This document shows, piece after piece, positions 8,514 through 16,790 of a stretch of DNA of 50,135 nt. Each line of letters starts with the position of its first letter. The first letter of the stretch is position 1. The notes under the pieces were generated by a model, which was not told the origin of the DNA, made no database searches, and worked only from the letters and a program-made list of their open reading frames with translations. The position numbers and the translations under genes are program-made. The DNA comes from Minisyncoccia bacterium (GTDB lineage: Bacteria > Patescibacteriota > Minisyncoccia > Phycocordibacterales > Zambryskibacteraceae). The stretch spans positions 1 to 50,135 of the forward strand of contig JBGTNQ010000002.1 of assembly GCA_041742965.1 (NCBI GenBank), in the 5' to 3' direction.

Positions 8514-9944
8514 CAGCCCGGTGAGGGCGGTGAAATAGACCTGAAACCATATGTTTACAAGGAGTCGGAGCGGACGCTTGCGTTCCGCCACGGCGTGCCT
8601 ATTGAAGAATGAGCCAACGAGTTTTAGCATGCTGCTCGGCTAAGCCCGAAAGGGTGGAGTCATAGGGAAACCGAGTGTGAATAGCGCGAAATTATGTAGC
8701 ATGCTAAAGACCCGAAGCCAAGTGAGCTTGTCATGAGCAGGGTGAACGCACCCGAAAGGGTGCGGGAGGCCCGAACCGGTGAGCCGTGCAATACTCTCGG
8801 ATGACTTGTGATAAGAAGTGAAAAGCTAATCGAACTTGGTAATAGCTGGTTCTCTCCGAAAGAGCTTTTGGGTTCGCGTCGTATGTTCCCGGGAGGGGTA
8901 GAGCACTGGAAGGTCTGGACAGGGCGAAAGCTCGCTAGACCTATCAAACTCCGAATACTCCCGGCTCAAAGTACGGCAGTTAGACTGCGGGGGCTAAGCT
9001 CCGTCGGTCAAAAGGGAAACAGCCCAGATCTCAATTTAAGGTCCCTAAATTTACACTAAGTGCGCTTAAGGTGGTGAAGTTTCTCAGACACTGAGGAGGT
9101 TGGCTTAGAAGCAGCCATCCTTTAAAGAAAGCGTAACAGCTCACTCAGTAAGAGATTTCGCGCCGCAGATAATCGGGGCTAAGTGTAGTACCGAAACTGA
9201 GGATTTGTTTTGTCTTCGGACAAGATAAGTGGTAGGAGAGTATTCGCATCTGCTGTGAAGGCAAAGGGGTGACCCATGCTGGAGCGTTGCGAAGAAAGAA
9301 TGTTGGCACAAGTAACCGCAATTAGAGTGAGAATCTCTAACGCCGAAAGAACAAGGTTTCCTTGGCGATGTAGATCAGCCAAGGGTTAGTCGGGCCTAAG
9401 GAGATGGCGAAAGCCGCATCCGATGGACACATGGTTAATATTCCATGACTTTTTGTTTGTGCGATGAGAGGACGGGGTTTAGTATGTCTTGCGCATTATT
9501 GGATTTGCGTTCGTGCCGTAAGGATGTTTCCCAGGAAAATCCGGGAAGCTCTCTTTAATGAGGAATCCAAGCGGAGCGAAGACTTTGGGGTTCGCCCTAG
9601 GGAATTTGACAAAGCAAGCTCTCAAGAAAAATCTCTAAGCATAACAAGCAAGAAACCGTACCGCAAACCGAAACAGGTGTTCAGCTCGAGTAGAGTAAGG
9701 CGAACGAGTGAGAAATCCCCAAGGAACTCGGCAAAAAAGCAGCCGTAACTTCGGAATAAGGCTTGCCCTGCCAGCAATGGTTGGGGCCGCAGCTAAAGTA
9801 TCTCTGGCAACTGTTTATCAAAAACACAGCTCCCTGCGAACTCGTAAGAGGATGTATAGGGGGTGACACCTGACCAATGCCAGAAGGTCAAATATCGGGG
9901 GTGAATAGGTCTTCGGATTTATTTGCTGATTGATATAAGCCCTG

Positions 9945-9979
<35 letters not shown>

Positions 9980-10182
9980 TGCGCGAACAATTTTATTGTT
10001 CGCGCAAGGACTGGGACTGTTATAGAAAAAGATAAACTAATTAAACACATAATCATTACATTTCCAGTTACCTATTCTGTCGAAATACAGAAATAGTCCA
10101 TCGTGATCAACGAGAGACCAACGTCACGGACCCAAACTTGCAAAAGTGGGTTAAGAGAGAGTCCTTCTGAGAGGAATAGAAG
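9980..10182 (+). other. 203-nt intervening sequence in 23S domain IV, between GGTCCTAAGGT and AGCGAAATTCC (by my alignment after E. coli U1931); class undetermined
   Basis: Both flanks of the conserved 23S sequence are contiguous in E. coli. The insert starts after a T and ends in G. It has several internal hairpins and no ORF. Confidence 0.65.
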
Positions 10183-10849
10183 AGCGAAATTCCTTGTCGG
10201 GTAAGTTCCGACGCGCACGAATGGTGTAATGACTGGAGAACTGTCTCGGGGATCAGCTCGGTGAAAATACAATACCGGTGAAGATGCCGGTTACCTGCAG
10301 TTAGACGAAAAGACCCCAGGAGCTTTACTGCAACTTGATATTGAGAATACGTTTTACATGCGTAGCATAGTGGTGAGACTTTGAAGCGGGCTTTCGGGTA
10401 CCGTGGAGTCGTTAGTGAAATAGCCATCTTGTGTAATGTATTTTCTAACCCCGTGGGCAAAAACCACGAGAGACAGTATCTGGCGGGCAGTTTTAGTGGG
10501 GCGCTATCCTCCTAAAAAGTAACGGAGGAGTTTATTAAGGTCAGCTAGGCGCGAATGGAAACCGTGCCGATAGTGTAATGGCATAAGCTGGCTTAACTGT
10601 GAGACGTACATGTCAAACAGATGCGAAAGCAGAACATAGTGAACCGACGGTCCGTGTTAGACGCGGCCGGAGATTATCGGATAAAAGCTACCCTGGGGAT
10701 AACAGGCTAGTTCCGCCTAAGCGTCCACAGCGACGGCGGAGTTCGGCACCTCGATGTCGGCTCAACTTATCCTGGGGGTGAAGAAGCTCCCAAGGGTATG
10801 GCTGTTCGCCATTTAAAAAGTTACGCGAGCTGGGTTCAGACCGTGAAGT

Positions 10850-10905
10850 AGTTGATAGTATTTAGTCGATAGTTGTTAGTAATTTGCTAACAACTAAAAA
10901 TTAAT
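10850..10905. repeat. Heptad-periodic array (AGTTGAT AGTATTT AGTCGAT AGTTGTT AGTAATT TGCTAAC AACTAAA AATTAAT) in the intron 5' extension
   Basis: 7-nt periodicity read directly. Confidence 0.6.
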
Positions 10906-11069
10906 CACTGCCCTCGACTATTCCACAGTCTGAATCCTCAGAGGAAAAAGAAAACTGTTATTGAAAATATTTTTGTTTATGAAATTGAAAGAAAAAGAAA
11001 CCAACCAACACGGCGGCTGTTCATAGTAATATGTACAGACAAACTGACTTATATCGGTAAATTCCAATC

Positions 11070-11111
11070 AGCTTAGGGCTGTTAGCTTGTAGCTTTCAGC
11101 TTAAAGACTGA
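11070..11111. repeat. AGCTNNN heptad array (AGCTTAG GGCTGTT AGCTTGT AGCTTTC AGCTTAA AGACTGA) inside the intron
   Basis: Read directly. It belongs to the family at 15894, 18141, 34304 and 34518. Confidence 0.7.
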
Positions 11112-11741
11112 GGAGGATACCGAGGGAAGGCGGCAGCTCGCGATTACGCGACTGCACTTGGATTTTCTAAAACAGATTACTGTTAAGAAAATCTCGGCGC
11201 CCGTAGAGACTAAATGTCAGTCTTCCTGAAAGGGAAGAAGTTATAGTCCATTCCTTGTAGTAATACAAGACAAAGAAGCGTGAGACAGGTTGGTCTCCTA
11301 TCTACTGCAGGCGTTGAATTTTGAGGAGATTTGACAATAGTACGAGAGGACCTTGTTGAACGAACCTCTGGTGTGAGAGCTGTTCCTGCCAAGGGCAATG
11401 CTCTGTAGCTAAGTTCGGAATGGATAACCTCTGAAAGCATCTAAGAGGGAAGCCAACTCCAAGATTAGAATTCGTTTGAGGCCCGTAGGAGATGACTACG
11501 TTGATAGGCTCTAGGTGTAAGCGTAGTAATGCGTTAAGCCGAGGAGTACTAATTCGCCGATTTCTATTAGGAAATTTGAAAATCGCGATTACTTCATCCT
11601 GTTTTATGGAATGAATCTCGTAGTGAATTTTGACATTGTGATTTCTGCACCCTTATTGTTGGGTGCTATGTCAAAATCTACTACCAGATGAATTTGACTA
11701 CATGTTGTTTTTGGTTCAAAGATTGCAAAGTGGTTTCATGC

Positions 11742-11814
11742 GCGCCGGTAGCTCAGTTGGAAGAGCAGGTGAATCTTAATCACTTGGTCGGAGGTTCGAG
11801 TCCTCCCCGGCGCA
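11742..11814 (+). tRNA. tRNA-Lys (anticodon CTT)
   Basis: Manual cloverleaf: gcgccgg/ccggcgc acceptor, gctc/gagc D stem, ggtga-atCTTaa-tcact, ggagg-ttcgagt-cctcc. CCA is not encoded. Confidence 0.9.
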
Positions 11815-11822
11815 TGCACCAT

Positions 11823-11896
11823 CGGGCTATAGCTCAGTCTGGTAGAGCGTCGTCTCTCTGAGACGAATGTCGCAGGTTCAAATCCTGCTAGCCCTG
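11823..11896 (+). tRNA. tRNA-like gene, nominal anticodon TCT (Arg), with non-canonical features
   Basis: Cloverleaf: cgggcta/tagccct acceptor with a C1xT72 mismatch, T8, gctc/gagc, tcgtc-tcTCTga-gacga, gcagg-ttcaaat-cctgc. Position 33 is C and position 37 is G. Confidence 0.6.
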
Positions 11897-12048
11897 TTTC
11901 CACTTTTCCGCCACTCAGACGGACGGCAACCCAGATGGTTGCCACCACTTTGCAGTCTTTGAGTTTATTAGCGACATAGAGCGAGAGGAGCGAACACTCT
12001 TTGACCGGGGTTTGCCCCGGGGTTAATACCGCTTTTATTCGATATAAA

Positions 12049-12413
12049 GTTCTGGTGATTTGTCGCAGAGGTCACACCCGTTCTCCCGCCATCGAGGCTT
12101 TGGCGGACTGCGATTTGCAGCTAATCACTTCGTTCTTGGGCAAATCGGGAGCATTCCGACCTGTCCCGTAGGAAATTTTTGAAGATTGAAAGTTTAGTTC
12201 TGGTGCTTCATCGCAGAGGTCACACCCGTTCTCATTCCGAACACGGAAGTTAAGCTCTGTTGAGGCGATGATACTCTTGTGGGGGAAAGTAGCTAGGCGC
12301 CAGAACTAAGAGTTCAATCAAATTTCTCAAAAATTTTCCTTCGGGGACACGGAAGTTAAGCTCTGTTGAGGCGATGATACTCTTGTGGGGGAAAGTAGCT
12401 AGTCGCCAGAACT
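12049..12413 (+). other. Outer, split 5S rRNA gene in three segments (12049-12085, 12153-12159, 12347-12413), interrupted in loop C by a 67-nt insert and a 187-nt insert that contains the intact 5S
   Basis: The concatenated segments are colinear with the intact copy and differ at 4 positions. All 4 differences are structure-preserving. The outer copy has its own flanking stem, 12036-12045/12417-12426. Confidence 0.6.
12197..12307 (+). rRNA. rrf: 5S rRNA (intact inner copy)
   Basis: gttctggtgc...ccgttctcattccgaacacggaagttaagc...gcgccagaac. Helices I, II and III can be drawn by hand. Confidence 0.9.
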
Positions 12414-12424
12414 TTGCATCGAAT

Positions 12425-12457
12425 AAAAAAAGCTCTCGTCGAAACGAGAGTTTTTTG
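12425..12457 (+). terminator. Rho-independent terminator of the 23S-5S operon
   Basis: aaaaaaagctctcg-tcgaaa-cgagagtttttt. Confidence 0.85.
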
Positions 12458-12492
12458 TATGTGTTATAATTTGATAACTAATTTGTGGTTAG

Positions 12493-13920
12493 ATGGATCT
12501 CGTAGGGCTTAATAAACTAAAATTTCACTACAAGATGGATTGGGCAACAAAAAGACAACTTCAATACATAGGATTCATCTTTCTCTTTGTTTTGTTTTTT
12601 TTCGTCATTCCATTTTTCATTTTTATATACAAAGCCCCCACTTGCTTTGATGGAATAAAGAATGGAAAAGAGACCGGTATTGACTGTGGTGGCTCTTGTC
12701 GGCTTCTTTGTAGCGCAGAGATTCCTGAACCAATATCTCGTTGGGACCCACGGGTGTTTAGGGTGACACCGGGAGTTTATAGCGTCCTGTCTTACTTCGA
12801 GAATCCAAATGTTGCGGCGGAAGTTTACTCCGCCCCATATAGTTTTGAGTTATATGACAAGGACGGAATATTGGTCGCAGAAAGAAAGGGGGAGACCTTT
12901 ATTCCTCGTGGACAAATTTTCGCTATTTTTGAATCAAATATTCGGACAGGGGAACGGGTGCCAACCAGAGCCATATTCAGGTTTACAGATAGCCTGCAAT
13001 GGATTAGAAATACAGAAGAAATCCCTTCTGTGACTATTGTAAACAGCCCTCTAATTTCTGAAGATACATCTCCTCGTTTGGAAGCTACAGTTTCAAATAA
13101 CAATTTAGACCAAGTTAGGAACATTGATCTTACCGCCATTATTTTTGATGGAGCAGGAAATGCCATAGGCGCTTCCCGAACATTTCTCGCTAGTTTAGAA
13201 AGGGGTCAGAATGAGAGGGTAGTTTTCACATGGCCTCTGCCTTTTGAGACCAAAGCAGAGGTGTGTGAATCTCCTGTTGATGTGATGGTTGCCATAGATC
13301 GTTCTGGAAGTATGGCCGCACTTGGCGCGAACCCTCCTCAACCACTTACAGATGTTAAAAACGCAGCCATATATTTTGTAAATCAACTTGATGAAAATGA
13401 TAGAGTCGGAATGGTTAGTTTTGCCACAAGCGCCGATACTTCATCCGAATCTCTGCTTTCTTCTAATACAGAATTGGTCAAAGGAGCCATAGACAAAATC
13501 GCCATTGGAACCCAAGGTATTCAACAAACAAATATTACCGATGCTTTGTCAAAGTCGCTTGAAGAACTATCTTCTCCCAGAAAGAGGGAAGGAGTTCCGT
13601 CTGTTACGGTTCTTTTAACTGATGGAGTGGCCACTGTTCCGCAAAAACCGGGTGAACCAGATTATCCAGAATCGTCAGCACTCTCTCTAGGCCAATTAAT
13701 CAAAGATCGCGGTATTCGGCTTTTCACTATTGGTTTAGGCAAAGACCTAAACCAGGGTTTTTTGACGAGCCTAGCCTCATCTCCAGATGATTTTTATCTT
13801 GCCCCAACCACCAAGGAGTTGAATAATATATATACTCAAATAGCGACAAAAATATGCCAGAAAAGGCCAGCCGTTATAGAAATAATTCCACGTATTTTTC
13901 CTAGACCAATTACTCTCTAA
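12493..13920 (+). CDS. Membrane-anchored von Willebrand factor type A (vWA) domain protein
   Basis: 475 aa with an N-terminal TM helix. The MIDAS-type motif is VMVAIDRSGSM, and VGMVSFATSA and VLLTDGVAT are also present. Confidence 0.75.
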   Translation: MDLVGLNKLKFHYKMDWATKRQLQYIGFIFLFVLFFFVIPFFIFIYKAPTCFDGIKNGKETGIDCGGSCRLLCSAEIPEPISRWDPRVFRVTPGVYSVLSYFENPNVAAEVYSAPYSFELYDKDGILVAERKGETFIPRGQIFAIFESNIRTGERVPTRAIFRFTDSLQWIRNTEEIPSVTIVNSPLISEDTSPRLEATVSNNNLDQVRNIDLTAIIFDGAGNAIGASRTFLASLERGQNERVVFTWPLPFETKAEVCESPVDVMVAIDRSGSMAALGANPPQPLTDVKNAAIYFVNQLDENDRVGMVSFATSADTSSESLLSSNTELVKGAIDKIAIGTQGIQQTNITDALSKSLEELSSPRKREGVPSVTVLLTDGVATVPQKPGEPDYPESSALSLGQLIKDRGIRLFTIGLGKDLNQGFLTSLASSPDDFYLAPTTKELNNIYTQIATKICQKRPAVIEIIPRIFPRPITL

Positions 13921-13941
13921 TCTTTCTGGTAGAATAGTGTT

Positions 13942-15123
13942 GTGACGGAAATTATTTCACAAGTTTTGGATAAGGTTGGGGTACGAAGATCATCAATTTT
14001 CGATATTGATTGGACTCTTTTCTTTTCCGCAGTATTGATATCTTTGGCTGGCCTTATAACGATGAACTCTTTCTCTTCTGTCCAGGAAAGTTCTTTAAGT
14101 AATTATTTTTTTGAAAGACAGAGTATTTGGTTGACTGTATCTATTATATTTTTTTTCATTGCAAGCGTGATTGATTGGCGTTTTTTGCGTAGAACCGGAG
14201 TGGTAGTTTCCTTATTTGTAGGGTCTTGTATTGTCCTTTTATTACTGTTTCTTTTGGGAAGTGTGTTTAAAGGCGCACAAAGTTGGTTTGATTTTGGCGG
14301 ATTTGCTTTTCAGCCGTCAGATCCGATTAAGTTGGTGCTGATTATTCTTTTGGCAAAATATTTTAGTCGCAGACACATAGAAATTGCTAATATAAAACAC
14401 ATTATTCTTTCTGGTTTTTATGCTTTCATTCTTTTTATACTCGTTTTTCTTCAACCAGATTTCGGCTCCGCCATTATTCTGTTTGCTGTTTGGTTCGGTA
14501 TGGTTTTAGTTTCTGGTATCTCAAAAAAACACCTATTGGCGGTTATATTGGTCGGTGTGATTTCTTTCGGTGCTCTTTGGACCTTTGTTTTTGAGCCATA
14601 TCAAAAACAAAGGATTGTTAATTTTATTCATCCGTTAGCAGACGTTCGTGGCTCGGGATATAATGCTTATCAGTCAACAATTGCTGTGGGTTCAGGTCAG
14701 ATTTTGGGGAAAGGCGTAGGGTACGGGACGCAAAGTAAATTACGGTTTTTACCAGAATATGAAACGGATTTTATTTTCGCAGCATTTGCAGAAGAGTGGG
14801 GTTTTGTTGGGGCTAGTGTAATACTACTTCTTTATGGTGTTCTTATATGGAGGATACTCGCTAACGCCATGCTTGGTGCAAGTAATTTTGAAACTCTGTT
14901 TGGTCTTGGATTAGCCATTTTATTTATGGTGCATTTTATTATCCATGTTGGAATGAATATCGGCCTGCTTCCCGTAACAGGAACAACGGTTCCTTTTATG
15001 AGTTATGGTGGAAGTCATTTGCTAACAGAATTTTTAGGATTGGGGATTCTTATGGGAATGAGAAAATATAATCGCTCTGCCCACAAAGAAGATGCTAAAA
15101 ATGAATTTTTGGTGACGCATTAG
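13942..15123 (+). CDS. SEDS-family peptidoglycan glycosyltransferase (FtsW/RodA/SpoVE)
   Basis: 393 aa, polytopic. Motifs QPDFGSAIILF and GYGTQSKLRFLPEYETDFIFAAFAEEWGFVG. GTG start. Confidence 0.85.
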   Translation: MTEIISQVLDKVGVRRSSIFDIDWTLFFSAVLISLAGLITMNSFSSVQESSLSNYFFERQSIWLTVSIIFFFIASVIDWRFLRRTGVVVSLFVGSCIVLLLLFLLGSVFKGAQSWFDFGGFAFQPSDPIKLVLIILLAKYFSRRHIEIANIKHIILSGFYAFILFILVFLQPDFGSAIILFAVWFGMVLVSGISKKHLLAVILVGVISFGALWTFVFEPYQKQRIVNFIHPLADVRGSGYNAYQSTIAVGSGQILGKGVGYGTQSKLRFLPEYETDFIFAAFAEEWGFVGASVILLLYGVLIWRILANAMLGASNFETLFGLGLAILFMVHFIIHVGMNIGLLPVTGTTVPFMSYGGSHLLTEFLGLGILMGMRKYNRSAHKEDAKNEFLVTH

Positions 15124-16265
15124 TACAAGGCAGTAGTGTTTTTTACCATATTTTTTATATTAAATTCTTTCACCACTCGGTCATTTAGAGATTCACCCAG
15201 AGACTTTCTTAGTTCCGGTTTCACAATAAGTTCTTCAATCGTTCGGGCTAGTTTCTCTGTATTTTCTGGGCCAACTAGGAGCCCTGACTCACCGTTAGTG
15301 ATTGTTTCGGGTATACCACCAACCCAACTAGCTATAACCGGCAGAGAAGCAATTCCGGCTTCTAATGGGGCGTAGGGGAAAGCCTCCGTTCGTGATGTTA
15401 GGGTGAATATATCAAATGCTTTTAAATATTTTCTAGCATCGGCTTTAAATCCTACAAAAACCACCCGGCTATCTATTTCTAATTCATTGGCAAGGGATTT
15501 TAGATTTTCCTCTTCCTCCCCACCTCCCACAATTACAAGTGCGATGTTTGCATATTTTGGCATTAGGACAGCGAAGGCTTTCAACAAATAATCTAAACCC
15601 TTGTTCTTGTGAAGTTCTGATATTGTGCCAATCCACACTCTTTCATGAACTTGGGGGGCAAGGGCGTTTCTAGATTCGCTTTGCCCATTTAATTCAAATG
15701 ACTCTATTCCATTGTGTATGGTTTTTATCTTTTTCTTTATAAAAGGGAGCACCTTTATTTGACCCGCAGTCCTCTCTGACACCGCAATAGTGGAGTGAGA
15801 AAGGATTACGGTTATCCAGTGCAGTAGGTAGATTATTATTTTTTGAAAATTAGACCTCTCTTCATTAAAAGCCCATCCGTGACCAGTAAATATAGCTTTT
15901 AGCTTAGAGCTTTTAGCTGTTAGCTTTGTTAGGTTTAAAACACGGACAGCAAAAGCGCCTAGACCACCAATCTTTGAGCTATTGAGATGGACTATATTTG
16001 GACGCTCCTTTCTGAGGATATTTATAATCTCAAAAAAAGCCCAAATATCCTTTAATACGCTTATATTACGACTTAAAGATTTAATGTGTATGGTGCGGAT
16101 ACCCTCATCTTCGAGTTTGTTTTTTAGAGTTTCTCCTTCGCCGTGTGCTACTACTACATCAAATTTATCTTTGGGTATATTTGTCGCTAAATCAAATACA
16201 TACCTCTGGGCCCCTCCGAAGTTGCCCTTTGTAATTAAGTAGAGAATCTTTTTTTTGTCAGACAT
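15120..16265 (-). CDS. GT4-family glycosyltransferase
   Basis: 381 aa. The C-terminal Glycos_transf_1 signature is TSRTEAFPYAPLEAGIASLPVIASWVGGIPE. It carries an in-frame heptad-repeat insertion (LTAKSSKLKA). Confidence 0.8.
   Translation of the reverse strand: MSDKKKILYLITKGNFGGAQRYVFDLATNIPKDKFDVVVAHGEGETLKNKLEDEGIRTIHIKSLSRNISVLKDIWAFFEIINILRKERPNIVHLNSSKIGGLGAFAVRVLNLTKLTAKSSKLKAIFTGHGWAFNEERSNFQKIIIYLLHWITVILSHSTIAVSERTAGQIKVLPFIKKKIKTIHNGIESFELNGQSESRNALAPQVHERVWIGTISELHKNKGLDYLLKAFAVLMPKYANIALVIVGGGEEEENLKSLANELEIDSRVVFVGFKADARKYLKAFDIFTLTSRTEAFPYAPLEAGIASLPVIASWVGGIPETITNGESGLLVGPENTEKLARTIEELIVKPELRKSLGESLNDRVVKEFNIKNMVKNTTALY
15894..15928. repeat. AGCTNNN heptad array x5 (AGCTTTT AGCTTAG AGCTTTT AGCTGTT AGCTTTG) inside the GT4 CDS
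   Basis: Read directly. Its reverse complement matches 34517-34550 at 32 of 34 nt by hand alignment. Confidence 0.8.
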
Positions 16266-16266
16266 A

Positions 16267-16698
16267 TTATTCTCTGTTGTTCTGAATAGCCGATGTATTG
16301 TGATTTAAAATATGTATAGCTAGAGCAACAATCAATATGTTTTTGATTATGTACTGTCCTTCAAGGGTTGGTATAAACCATCCACTCCAAGCGATAGCTG
16401 GTAAGAGTAGTATTGGTCCAGTCGTCATTATGAGGTGAGGTATGAGTAAGGCGACAGCAATATATCTAAGTTTTGGTATAAGAAATAATATTCCGATGAG
16501 GACCTCGTATAAACCGAAAATAACAATAAATGTGGAGAAAGACATAAAGGGTAAAGTCTTCTCTAGGAGATCTGACACAAGGGGACTCGCTGGGCTTTGG
16601 CCTACAACCTTAAGAATTCCGAACCAAGCATAGACAATAAAGATAGAAAACCTAGCCAGAGGAATATCTATATGTTTGAGTATTTCACTAATCTTCAT
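16267..16698 (-). CDS. Small polytopic membrane protein (DoxX/DUF417-like)
   Basis: 143 aa with four hydrophobic segments. The family call is tentative. Confidence 0.45.
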   Translation of the reverse strand: MKISEILKHIDIPLARFSIFIVYAWFGILKVVGQSPASPLVSDLLEKTLPFMSFSTFIVIFGLYEVLIGILFLIPKLRYIAVALLIPHLIMTTGPILLLPAIAWSGWFIPTLEGQYIIKNILIVALAIHILNHNTSAIQNNRE

Positions 16699-16790
16699 TT
16701 TCTAATTCTATATCTTTGATAACGAAGGGGCAATCATGGTTTCAGGTAGGTTGATTAATAAGCCTTTTTGTATAGTATGAATCACTATAT

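Larger units (their letters stand above)
10845..11278 (+). ncRNA. ORF-less group I intron in 23S domain V, between AGACCGT and CGTGAGACAG (by my alignment after E. coli U2593)
   Basis: The core strand is agactaaatgtcagtc..cttcc-tgaaag-ggaag..aagttatagtcc. Helices: P3 11043-11048/11216-11221, P7 11208-11212/11244-11248, P8 11222-11226/11233-11237, P9 with a GTAA loop at 11254-11269. The 5' exon ends in U and the intron ends in G. Confidence 0.8.

Noticed and set aside
11736-11948. A 70-aa minus-strand ORF.
   Set aside because: It overlaps both tRNA genes.
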